DNA from: an uncultured beta proteobacterium
GTDB lineage: Bacteria; Pseudomonadota; Gammaproteobacteria; Burkholderiales; SG8-39
Reading direction: 5' to 3'
Assembly: GCA_963716855.1 (NCBI GenBank)
Contig: CAVQUV010000010.1
Coordinates: forward strand, 13,449 to 77,448
DNA length: 64,000 nucleotides
This document shows, one piece after another, positions 45,954 through 55,299 of this stretch. Made by a program: the position numbers and the translations under genes. The first letter of the stretch is position 1. Every line of letters starts with the position of its first letter. Below the pieces are notes generated by a model. It was not told where the DNA came from. It did not search any database and saw only the letters and a list, made by a program, of their open reading frames with translations.

Positions 45954-46322
45954 ATGTCTGAAGTCGGACCCATGTTGACGCACATGCCCGCCGCGAACAC
46001 GGCGGGCCTCGTGCAGGATTTCAATCCGTACCTGCAGGCGTTCCGCACGGCGCGCCGCAGCGAAGCGCCCGGCAAGGGACAGATCTACAACCCGCCCGAG
46101 CGCGAGCTGATCGTGTGGCAGACGCGCCCCGCGCCGCCGACCGAGTTCGAGCAATCGCTCGCCGCCGCGCTGGAGCAGATCTTCGCGCAGCGCATCTACG
46201 AGCTCCCCGACATCGTCGCGGCGCTCAACCGCGACGGCTTGCGCTCGCGCCAGGGAGAGACCTGGACCGAGCAGAACTTCGTCGCCACCTTCCGCGAGCT
46301 CGGCGCGCTCGCTTTCGGCTGA
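45954..46322 (+). CDS. Small protein with recombinase-like HTH C-terminus, function unknown
   Basis: AAGGAGG SD; PTEFEQSLAAALEQIF..L..IVAALN..G..WTEQNF. Confidence 0.8.
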   Translation: MSEVGPMLTHMPAANTAGLVQDFNPYLQAFRTARRSEAPGKGQIYNPPERELIVWQTRPAPPTEFEQSLAAALEQIFAQRIYELPDIVAALNRDGLRSRQGETWTEQNFVATFRELGALAFG

Positions 46323-46333
46323 GGAGGCCTCCG

Positions 46334-47380
46334 ATGGTCGATGAACAGGCAGTCGAGCGGCTCGTCAATCGCGGGCTCCGCAACCAGTGGTATCCGGTGC
46401 TGCCGAGCTGGGCGGTCGCGGGCAGCCCGATCGGAATCACGCGCCTCTCGGAGAATCTGGTGCTGTGGCGCGACGACGAGGGCACCGTGCGCGCGGTCGA
46501 GGACCGCTGCCCGCACCGCGGGGCGCGGCTCTCGCTCGGCTGGAATCTCGGCGACCGGCTCGCGTGCTGGTATCACGGCGTGGAGGTTGACGGCACCGGC
46601 ACGGTCCGCAGGGTGCCGGCGGTCGGCGCCTGCCCGCTCGAGGGCAAGCAGTGCGTGAAGAGCTACCCGGTGAAGGAGCTGCGCGGCGCGATCTTCGCGT
46701 ACTTCGGCGACGAGGCGCACCCCGAGCCGTGCGCGCTCGAGCTGCCGGAGGAGCTCGCGAGCCCCGCCTACGGCGCGATCCTCTGCTTCGCGAAATGGAA
46801 GTGCAACTACCGCTACGCCATCGACAACGTCATGGACCCGATGCACGGCGCGTACCTGCACGCGGTGTCGCACTCGATGGCCTCCGGCGACAAGACCGCG
46901 AACATGCAGCTGCGCAAGACCCCGACCGGGCTTGCGTTCGAGAAGACCAATCAGCGCGACGTGAACTTCGACTGGGTCGAGCTCGGGCAGTCGGGCGCCA
47001 CCTGGCTGCGGCTGTCGATCCCCTACCGTGCGAACGCCGGCCCGGGCGGCAACTTCGGCATCGTCGGCTTCGCCACCCCGGTGGACGAGGCGAACTGCCT
47101 GGTGTTCTTCTGGCGCACGCGCAAGTGCGAGGGCTGGGTGCGGGACGTCTGGCAGTTCATGTACCGGACGAAGCTCGAAGGGCTGCACTGGGCGGTGCTC
47201 GAGCAGGATCGGTTCGTGCTCGAAAACCTCGCACCCGATGCGCGCTCGCGCGAATTCCTCTACCAGCACGACACCGGGCTTGCCCGGGTGCGCCGCGTCC
47301 TGCAGAAGCAGGCCGAGGAGCAGCTCGCGGCGCTCGAGGCGCATCGCGCACGGGCCGCGCCGGCGCGGGCGAGCGCCTGA
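46334..47380 (+). CDS. Rieske non-heme iron oxygenase catalytic subunit
   Basis: CPHRG..CWYHG Rieske ligands, DPMHGAYLH and EQD mononuclear Fe ligands. Confidence 0.93.
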   Translation: MVDEQAVERLVNRGLRNQWYPVLPSWAVAGSPIGITRLSENLVLWRDDEGTVRAVEDRCPHRGARLSLGWNLGDRLACWYHGVEVDGTGTVRRVPAVGACPLEGKQCVKSYPVKELRGAIFAYFGDEAHPEPCALELPEELASPAYGAILCFAKWKCNYRYAIDNVMDPMHGAYLHAVSHSMASGDKTANMQLRKTPTGLAFEKTNQRDVNFDWVELGQSGATWLRLSIPYRANAGPGGNFGIVGFATPVDEANCLVFFWRTRKCEGWVRDVWQFMYRTKLEGLHWAVLEQDRFVLENLAPDARSREFLYQHDTGLARVRRVLQKQAEEQLAALEAHRARAAPARASA

Positions 47381-47409
47381 GCGCAGGCGGGTTGCGCGGG
47401 ACCGCAGAC

Positions 47410-48141
47410 ATGCTTCGCGACAAGCGCATCCTGATCACCGGCGCCGCGCGCGGGCTCGGCCGCGCGTTCGCGGAGCACGCGATCGCGGCCGGGGCGCGTG
47501 TTGCGGTGGCCGACGTTCTCGAGGATGCGGGCCGGACGGCCGCGGGCGAGATCGGCGCGGTCTTCCTGCCGCTCGACCTCGCCTCGCCCGCCTCCATCCA
47601 GGCCTGCGTCGCGCGCGCGTCCGAAGCCCTCGGCGGGCTCGACGGGCTCGTGAACAACGGCGCGATCACGAGCTCCGGGGGCAAGACGCTCGAGGAGCTC
47701 GACGTGGACGTATGGGACCGCGTGATGACGGTGAACGTGCGCGGGACCTGGCTCGCCACGCGCGCCGCCCTGCCCCACCTGCGCGCCTCCGGATCGGGGC
47801 GGGTCGTCAACATCGCCTCCGATACCGCATTGTGGGGCGCGCCGCGTCTGCTCGCCTACGTCGCGAGCAAGGGCGCCGTCATCGCCATGACCCGCACGAT
47901 GGCGCGCGAGCTCGGCGCCGACGCGATCACCGTCAACGCGGTCGCGCCCGGGCTCACGCTCGTCGAGGCGACCGAGTACGTGCCGGCCGAGCGCCACCGC
48001 CTCTACGTCGAGGGCCGGGCGCTGACTCGCACGCAGGCGCCGGCCGACGTCTGCGGTGCCGTGAGCTTTCTCCTGTCGGACGCGGCGGCGTTCATCACCG
48101 GCCAGCTCCTCGCCGTCAACGGCGGATTCGTCATGCATTGA
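47410..48141 (+). CDS. SDR oxidoreductase
   Basis: TGAARGLG, NNGA, YVASKG. Confidence 0.92.
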   Translation: MLRDKRILITGAARGLGRAFAEHAIAAGARVAVADVLEDAGRTAAGEIGAVFLPLDLASPASIQACVARASEALGGLDGLVNNGAITSSGGKTLEELDVDVWDRVMTVNVRGTWLATRAALPHLRASGSGRVVNIASDTALWGAPRLLAYVASKGAVIAMTRTMARELGADAITVNAVAPGLTLVEATEYVPAERHRLYVEGRALTRTQAPADVCGAVSFLLSDAAAFITGQLLAVNGGFVMH

Positions 48142-48178
48142 GGGCCGCACGGCCCGCTTCTGGAGAAGGGAACGCAAA

Positions 48179-48721
48179 ATGAGCGATCAGGCAGTCAAGG
48201 ATGCGAAAGCGCAGCAGTCGTGGGACCGCCCGGCGGGCGCGACCTTCGCGCAGTGGATGGAGTCGCGCGTCGCGCGGCTCGCCTCGCGCCGCTACGACTG
48301 GAACGCGCTGAAGTTCCAGGCCGACTTCGATCCGAAGTACCGGCGCGCGCAGATGCGCTACGTCGGCACCGGGGGCACTGGGGTCGCCTCCGACGTCAAC
48401 GTCGTCCCGGCGGAGCACTTCACCTTCTCGACCATGATCATCCCGGCGGGCCACGAGGGCCCGATGCACATCCACAACGACGTGGAGGAAATCTTCTTCG
48501 TCCTGCGCGGCAAGGTGAAGGTGATGTGCGAGAAGGACGGCGAGACCTGGGAGGCGGTGGTCGGCGAGCGCGACCTGATCTCGATCCCGCCGGGCGTGTA
48601 CCGCGGCGAGATCAACATCGGCGAGGAGGACGCGCTGATGTGCGTCATGCTCGGGGCGTCGAAGCCGATCACGCCCACCTACCCGCCCGACCATCCGCTC
48701 GCGAAGATCAAGCGCGGCTGA
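48179..48721 (+). CDS. Cupin domain protein
   Basis: PMHIHNDVEEIFFVLRG, IPPGVYR. Confidence 0.9.
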   Translation: MSDQAVKDAKAQQSWDRPAGATFAQWMESRVARLASRRYDWNALKFQADFDPKYRRAQMRYVGTGGTGVASDVNVVPAEHFTFSTMIIPAGHEGPMHIHNDVEEIFFVLRGKVKVMCEKDGETWEAVVGERDLISIPPGVYRGEINIGEEDALMCVMLGASKPITPTYPPDHPLAKIKRG

Positions 48722-49578
48722 TGTCCTCCGCTCCCGGCCTCGCCGACGCGCGCGTCGCGCGCCATCCGCTCGACGAGCGGCGGACGGCGCGCGGCGTGGT
48801 GTCCTTCCGCGCCGCCGGTGCGGGGCCGGCGTTGTGCCTCCTGCACGGCATCGGCAGCCAGTCCGCCTCCTGGGCGCCGCAGCTCGACGCGCTCGGGGCG
48901 CGCTATCGCGTGGTCGCCTGGGATGCGCCGGGATACGGGCGCTCAGATGCACTTGCGCCCGCCGCACCCGTTGCGGCCGACTACGCCGCGACGCTCGCCG
49001 CGCTCTGGAATGCGCTGGGGATCGCCCGGGCGGTCGTGGTCGCGAGCTCGCTCGGCGCGCTCATCGCCGGCGCGTTTGCCGCACGCTGGCCCGCGCGCGT
49101 GGCCGGACTCGTGCTGCTCAATCCGGCCGGCGGTTACGGGCATGCCGAGCCGGCGGAGCGCGAAGCGATGCTCGCCGCGCGCCTGGACCGCCTTGCCGCG
49201 CTCGGGCCCGCGGGGATGGCCCGCAACCTCGCGTCCGGCATGCTTTCGCCCGCGGCTTCCGCCGAGTCGCGTGCGCTCGCTGCATGGAGCACCGCGCAGC
49301 TCCGCCCGGACGGCTATTCACAGGCCGCGAGAATGCTCGCGGGCGGCAGCCTGGCCGACGACGCGGCGCGCTACGACGGACCCGTTCTGGTCGTGGCGGC
49401 GAGCGGCGACACGATCACGCCGCCGGCGGCTTGCGAAGCGCTCGCCGCGGCCTTCCCGCACGGCGCCTTCAAATTTCTGGAGGGGCCCGGCCACCTCTCC
49501 TACCTGGACGTGCCGGACACGGTGAACGCGCTTGTCGCCGAGTTCGCGGCGCGCTGCTTCAAGGAGGCGACGACATGA
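48721..49578 (+). CDS. Alpha/beta hydrolase
   Basis: LLHGIG, WDAPGYGRS, ASSLG nucleophile elbow, DTITP, GHLSY. Confidence 0.9.
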   Translation: MSSAPGLADARVARHPLDERRTARGVVSFRAAGAGPALCLLHGIGSQSASWAPQLDALGARYRVVAWDAPGYGRSDALAPAAPVAADYAATLAALWNALGIARAVVVASSLGALIAGAFAARWPARVAGLVLLNPAGGYGHAEPAEREAMLAARLDRLAALGPAGMARNLASGMLSPAASAESRALAAWSTAQLRPDGYSQAARMLAGGSLADDAARYDGPVLVVAASGDTITPPAACEALAAAFPHGAFKFLEGPGHLSYLDVPDTVNALVAEFAARCFKEATT

Positions 49579-50363
49579 ATGACGTCTCGCACAAATACAA
49601 CGTCCCCGGCCTCGAGCGAGGCTTGCGGATCCTGCAGCTCTTCGACCGCAACCACCGCTTGCTGACCGGCGCCGAAGTGTCGCGCGCGCTGAAGATCCCG
49701 CGCACCACCGCCTTCCGCCTCGCGCAGACGCTCGAGCGCCTCGGGTTCCTCGAGCGCGAAGGCGACGGCTTTCGCATCGGGCCGGCGGTGATGCGGCTCG
49801 GCTTCGAGTACATCGCCTCGCTCGAGATCACCGAGCTCGCGCGCCCGGTGCTCGAGCGGCTGCGCGACGAGGCCGGCTTCTCCACGCAGCTCGTCATCCG
49901 CGACGGCCGCGACGTGGTGGTCGTCCTGCGGGCGGGGAGCCAGTCGATGTTCACCAGCAACGTGAACGTCGGGACGCGCTTCCCGGCGCACGCGACGATC
50001 CTGGGGCGCGCGCTGCTGTGCGAGCACACCGAGGAGGAGCTCGCAAGCCTCTTCCCGGAACGCGTCCTCCAGTCGTTCTCGCAGAACACGCCGAAGACCC
50101 TCGCCGAGCTGAAGGCGCTGCTGCGCGAGGATCGCGCGCGCGGCTACGTGATGAGCGAAGGGTTCTTCGAGCGCGGGATTTCCGCGATCGCGGCGCCGGT
50201 CCGCGACCAGAGGGGGCGGATCGTCGCGGCGGTGAGCATTACCGCGCAGCGCCCGACGCTCGAGCCGAAGGACCTGCGCGAGCGGCTGGTCAGGCAGGTG
50301 CAGCAGGCGGCGGCGGAGCTCTCGCACCAGCTCAACTACCGCCCGGCCGAGCAGGCAGCGTGA
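49575..50363 (+). CDS. IclR family regulator
   Basis: LERGLRIL HTH, GTRFPAHATILGRA, SAIAAPVRD. Confidence 0.93.
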   Translation: MNDVSHKYNVPGLERGLRILQLFDRNHRLLTGAEVSRALKIPRTTAFRLAQTLERLGFLEREGDGFRIGPAVMRLGFEYIASLEITELARPVLERLRDEAGFSTQLVIRDGRDVVVVLRAGSQSMFTSNVNVGTRFPAHATILGRALLCEHTEEELASLFPERVLQSFSQNTPKTLAELKALLREDRARGYVMSEGFFERGISAIAAPVRDQRGRIVAAVSITAQRPTLEPKDLRERLVRQVQQAAAELSHQLNYRPAEQAA

Positions 50364-51172
50364 CCGGCGTGCGGCCTTTCTCGCTCGGGGTCGAGGACCG
50401 CGTGGCGGTCGTCACCGGCGGCTCGTCGGGAATCGGGCTGGCGACCGCGCGCACGCTGCTCGCCGCCGGTGCGCGCGTGGCGATCTGCGGCCGCGACGCG
50501 CGCCGCCTCGAGCAGGCGCGCCAGGCGCTCGAACCGGTCGCCGGCACCGACCGGGTCCTCGCCGATCGGTGCGACGTGCTCGACGCCGACGCGATGGGCG
50601 GGTTCGCACGCGCGGTCGCGGACCGCTTCGGGCCCGCCGGCATCCTGGTGAACAATGCCGGCCAGGGCCGGGTGTCCACATTCGGCGACACGACCGACGC
50701 CGCCTGGCGCGAAGAGCTCGAGCTCAAGTTCTTCAGCGTGATCCGCCCGACGCGCGCCTTCCTGCCCCAGCTCGAGCGCGCGGGCGCCGGCGCGATCGTG
50801 TGCGTGAACTCGCTGCTCGCGCGCCAGCCGGAGCCGCACATGGTCGCCACCTCCGCCGCGCGTGCGGGCGTCCTGAACCTGGTCCGCTCGCTCGCCACGG
50901 AGTTCGCGCCCATGGGCGTGCGGGTGAACATGGTCCTGATCGGACTGGTCGAGTCCGGCCAGTGGCGTCGCCGCTACGAGACTCAGGCCGCGCCCGGCGA
51001 GAGCTGGGACGCGTGGACGGCCGGGCTCGCGCGCACCAAACACATCCCGCTCGGCCGGCTCGGCAAGCCCGAGGAGGCGGCGCACGCGATCGCGTTCCTC
51101 GCCTCGCCGCTCGCCTCCTACACCACCGGCAGCTTCATCGACGTTTCAGGGGGACATTCCCGCCATGTCTGA
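50360..51172 (+). CDS. SDR oxidoreductase (atypical, no YxxxK)
   Basis: TGGSSGIG, NNAG, HMVATSAARAG. Confidence 0.9.
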   Translation: MTGVRPFSLGVEDRVAVVTGGSSGIGLATARTLLAAGARVAICGRDARRLEQARQALEPVAGTDRVLADRCDVLDADAMGGFARAVADRFGPAGILVNNAGQGRVSTFGDTTDAAWREELELKFFSVIRPTRAFLPQLERAGAGAIVCVNSLLARQPEPHMVATSAARAGVLNLVRSLATEFAPMGVRVNMVLIGLVESGQWRRRYETQAAPGESWDAWTAGLARTKHIPLGRLGKPEEAAHAIAFLASPLASYTTGSFIDVSGGHSRHV

Positions 51173-52890
51173 ACAGCGCATTACCGTCGGCGAGCTCGTC
51201 GCCGCATTCCTCGAGGAGTGCGGCGTGCGCGCGGCATTCGGCGTGATCTCCATCCACAACATGCCGATCCTCGACGCGTTCGGCCGGCGCGCCGCCGCGG
51301 CGGCCGCGCGAGGAGCGGCGGCGCCCATCCGCTTCGTGCCCGCGCGCAGCGAGCCCGGCGCGGTCAACATGGCCGATGCGTATGCCCGGGTCTCGGGCGG
51401 CCTCGGCGTTGCGGTGACCAGCACCGGCACCGCCGCCGGCAACGCGTGCGGCGCGATGGTGGAGGCGCTCACGGCGGGAACGCCGGTCGTGCACCTGACC
51501 GGCCAGATCGAAGTGCCGTATCTCGACCGCGACCTCGCCTACATCCACGAGGCGCCGGAGCAGCTCGACATGCTGCGCGCAGTGTCGAAGGCCGCGTTCC
51601 GCGTGCGCAGCGCCGAGACGGCGCTCGGCACGCTGCGCGAGGCGGTCCGCGTCGCGCTCACTGCGCCCCGCGGCCCGGTGAGCGTGGAGATCCCGATCGA
51701 CATCCAGTCGACCGAGATCGAGATCCCCGCCTCGCTCGCGCCGGCCGTCGCGCCGGTGTCGCTGCCCCGTGCGGGCGAGATCGACGCGCTCGCCGAGCGT
51801 CTCGCACGCGCCAAGCGCCCGTTGCTATGGCTCGGCGGCGGCGCACGCGCCGCCGGCGCCGCCGTGAAGCGGCTCGTCGACCTCGGCTTCGGCGTGGTGA
51901 CCAGCGTGCAGGGGCGCGGCATCGTGCCCGAGGATCATCCGCTGTCCCTCGGGGCGTTCAACCTCTACGGACCGGTCGAAAAGTTCTACGGCACCTGCGA
52001 CGCGATGCTCGTCGTCGGCTCGCGCCTGCGCAGCAACGAGACGCTGAAGTACAAGCTCAAGCTGCCGCGACCGCTCTACCGGATCGACGCGGACCCGCAG
52101 AGCCAGGGGCGCTGCTACGCCGACGATTTCTTCGTCGCCGCCGACAGCGCGGCGGCGCTCGCCGCGCTCGCCGATCGGTTGCAGGGACGGATGAGGCCGG
52201 ATCCCGCGTTCGCCCGCGATCTCGCGGCGACGCGTGAGGCCGCCGAGAAGCTCGTCCGCGGCGGTCTCGGGCCGTACGAGCGCCTGGTCGCCGAGCTGCA
52301 GCGCGCGGTCGGGCGCGACTTCGTCTGGGTGCGCGACGTGACGGTGTCGAACAGCACGTGGGGGAATCGCAGCCTGCGGATCGCCGGCCCGCGCGACGGC
52401 GTACACGCGCTGGGCGGCGGGATCGGCCAGGGGATTCAGATGGCCATCGGTGCGGCAATCGCGGAGTCAACTTTCGCGATTGCAGGGGGCGCCGCGCTTG
52501 CGGCCGGCGGACGCAAGACCCTGTGCCTCGTCGGTGACGGCGGCCTGCAGGTGAACATCGGCGAGCTCGCGACGCTGGTGCAGGAGCAGGCCGACGTGAT
52601 CGTCGTGCTGATGAACGATCGCGGCTACGGCGTCATCCGCAACATCCAGGATGCGCAGTACGGCGGGCGCAGGTACTACGCCGATCTGCACACGCCGGAC
52701 TTCGCCGCGCTCGCGCAGTCGATCGCCCTGCCCTTCCATCGGGTGCGCGATCTCGCGGCCGTGGACGGCGTCCTGAAGGATGCGATGGGGCGACGCGGGC
52801 CGACGCTCGTCGAGATCGACATGGTCGCCGTCGGGCCGTTTGCGAACGCGTTCGCCGGCCCGCCGGTGCAAGACGGCTGCAGCCGCATGA
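51165..52890 (+). CDS. Thiamine diphosphate-dependent enzyme; native stop probably lost by a +1 base near 52869
   Basis: GVISIHN, SEPGA catalytic Glu, GDGG..MND ThDP motif; TGA at 52888-52890 overlaps the next ATG. Confidence 0.88.
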
Positions 52891-54353
52891 GCGTGCTCCC
52901 GATCTGCGTCGGCGGCGAGTGGCGGCGCGGCCGCGGCGAGCTCTACGCCTCGCGCTACCCCGCCGACGACAGCGTCAACGCCGAGCTCGCCGCGGCGAGC
53001 GTCGCCGACGTCGAGGAGGCGATTGCAGCCGCCGATGCGGCCTGGCGCCGTCGCGACTGGCGCGACCTCAAGCCGCACGAACGGGCGGCCGTCCTCTATC
53101 GCGTCAGCGCGCTGATCCGCGAGCGGGCGGAGGAGCTGGCGCACCTGCAGCGGCGCGACAACGGCAAGCCGATCAGCGAGACCCGCGCGCTGGTCGCGAG
53201 TGCCGCCGGCACGTTCCAGTTCTTCGCGGCCGCGTGCGAGACGCTCGAGGAGACATTGACCCCCCCGCGCGGCGACTACCTCACGATGAGCGTCCACGAG
53301 CCGCTCGGCGTGGTCGCGGCGATCACGCCCTGGAACTCGCCGATCGCGAGCGAGGCGCAGAAGCTCGCGCCCGCCCTCGCCGCCGGCAACGCGGTGATCG
53401 TGAAGCCCGCCGAGGTGACGCCGCTTGCCGCCCTCGAGCTCGGTCGCATCTGCGAGCTGGCCGGCGTGCCCCGGGGCGTCGTGAGCATCGTGCCGGGCAA
53501 GGGCTCGGTGATCGGCGACGCAATCGTGAAGCATCCGCTGGTGAAGAAGGTCTCGTTCACCGGCGGCACGACGACCGGCCGCGCGCTCGCGAAGCTCGCG
53601 GCCGAGAAGCTCATGCCGGTGACGCTGGAACTCGGCGGCAAGTCGCCGACGATCGTGTGCGAGGACGCCGACCTGGACCACGCGGTGAACGGCGTGCTGT
53701 ACGGGATCTTCAGCTCCTCGGGCGAGTCGTGCATCGCGGGTTCGCGCCTGTTCGTGCACGAGTCGATCCGCACGCAATTCCTCGACCGGCTGGTGGCGAA
53801 AGCGAACGCGCTGCGCGTCGGCGACCCGGAGGACCCGCGCACGCAGATGGGTCCCCTTATCACCGCGAAGCACCGCGAGTCGATCGAGCGCTACGTCCAG
53901 CTCGGACTCGACGAGGGCGGCAAGCTGCTCGCCGGCGGCGAGCGTCCGCAGGGCGGGCTCTTCGACCGCGGCTGGTTCTACCGGCCGACGATCCTGACCG
54001 GGCTCGGCAACCGCGCGCGGATCTGCCAGGAGGAGATCTTCGGGCCGGTCCTCGTGGCCCTCTCCTACCGCGACGAGGCGGACCTGCTCGCGCAGGCGAA
54101 CGACAGCGTCTTCGGCCTCGCCGCCGGCATCTGGACGCGCGACTACAAGCGCGCGTGGCGGATCGCGCGCGCGCTCGAGACCGGGACCGTCTGGATCAAC
54201 ACCTACAAGCTGTTCTCGATCTCGACGCCGTTCACCGGCATCAAGGAGAGCGGGCTCGGCATCGAGAAGGGCCGACTCGGCATCCTCCAGTACAAGCACC
54301 AGAAGAGCCTGTACTGGGGATTGAACGAACGGCCGCTGCCTTGGGCCGACTGA
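52887..54353 (+). CDS. Aldehyde dehydrogenase
   Basis: ITPWNSP, FTGG, LELGGKS, GESCIAG, EEIFGP. Confidence 0.93.
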   Translation: MSVLPICVGGEWRRGRGELYASRYPADDSVNAELAAASVADVEEAIAAADAAWRRRDWRDLKPHERAAVLYRVSALIRERAEELAHLQRRDNGKPISETRALVASAAGTFQFFAAACETLEETLTPPRGDYLTMSVHEPLGVVAAITPWNSPIASEAQKLAPALAAGNAVIVKPAEVTPLAALELGRICELAGVPRGVVSIVPGKGSVIGDAIVKHPLVKKVSFTGGTTTGRALAKLAAEKLMPVTLELGGKSPTIVCEDADLDHAVNGVLYGIFSSSGESCIAGSRLFVHESIRTQFLDRLVAKANALRVGDPEDPRTQMGPLITAKHRESIERYVQLGLDEGGKLLAGGERPQGGLFDRGWFYRPTILTGLGNRARICQEEIFGPVLVALSYRDEADLLAQANDSVFGLAAGIWTRDYKRAWRIARALETGTVWINTYKLFSISTPFTGIKESGLGIEKGRLGILQYKHQKSLYWGLNERPLPWAD

Positions 54354-54365
54354 ACGGAGCCTCCC

Positions 54366-55298
54366 ATGAGCATCCTCGGAATCGACCGCATCACCTACGG
54401 CGTCGCGGACGCCGCGACCTGCCGCAAGTTCTTTCTCGACTGGGGCCTCAAGCTCGTGCACGAGTCGGGCGACGCGCTCGACTTCGAGACGCTGAACGGC
54501 TGCGAGGTGCACGTCCGCCACGAGGAGGACCCGACCCTCCCGCCGGCGATCGAGGACCTCCCGACCGTCCGCGAGGTCGTGTGGGGCGTCGAGTCGCGCG
54601 CCGACATCGAGCGGCTGCGCGCGGCGCTCGGCGCCGAGGGGCACTACGTCGAGCGCTTCGGCACGCTGCACGCCACCGACCCGAACGGCCTCGCGCTCGC
54701 CTTCCGCGTGACGCACAAGCGCAAGGTCGACGTGAAGGGCGTCCCGATTAATGCGTGGGGGCAGCCGGGACGGGGCGTGAACCTCCGCAGCACGTTCTAC
54801 GAGCGCGCCGAGCCGATCGAAGTCGGGCACGTGGTCTTCTTCACCGACCGGCTTGCCGAGCTCGAGCGCTTCTACGTCGAGAAGCTCGGCTTCGCGGTCT
54901 CCGACCGCTATCCCGGCCGCGGCGTCTTCCTGCGCTGCGCGCCGGAGGGCGGACACCACGATCTCTTCCTGCTGCAGCCCCCGCAGCCCAAGCGCGGGCT
55001 CAATCACGTGGCCTTCGCGGTGCGCGACATCCACGAGGTCTTCGGCGGCGGGCTGCACATCTCGCGCTGCGGCTGGCAGACCGAGATCGGCCCGGGGCGC
55101 CATCCGATCTCGTCGGCGTACTTCTGGTACGTGAAGAATCCGGCCGGCGCCTTGGCCGAGTACTACACCGACGAGGACCAGCTCGACCGCGCCTGGCAGC
55201 CGCGCGAGTTCCAGCAGGCGCCGGAGGTGTTCGCCGAGTGGGCGGTCAGCGGCGGGATCGACGGCAAGACGCGCCGGCAGAGCCGCGGACCCGCCTGA
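54366..55298 (+). CDS. Two-domain VOC protein, probable extradiol ring-cleavage dioxygenase
   Basis: GHVVF, HHD, NHVAF, GRHP, YFWY..NPAG..EYY pattern of type I extradiol enzymes. Confidence 0.85.
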   Translation: MSILGIDRITYGVADAATCRKFFLDWGLKLVHESGDALDFETLNGCEVHVRHEEDPTLPPAIEDLPTVREVVWGVESRADIERLRAALGAEGHYVERFGTLHATDPNGLALAFRVTHKRKVDVKGVPINAWGQPGRGVNLRSTFYERAEPIEVGHVVFFTDRLAELERFYVEKLGFAVSDRYPGRGVFLRCAPEGGHHDLFLLQPPQPKRGLNHVAFAVRDIHEVFGGGLHISRCGWQTEIGPGRHPISSAYFWYVKNPAGALAEYYTDEDQLDRAWQPREFQQAPEVFAEWAVSGGIDGKTRRQSRGPA

Positions 55299-55299
55299 C

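Noticed and set aside
45954-46322. Recombinase or mobile element
   Set aside because: No catalytic domain or att-like flanks; embedded in a metabolic operon
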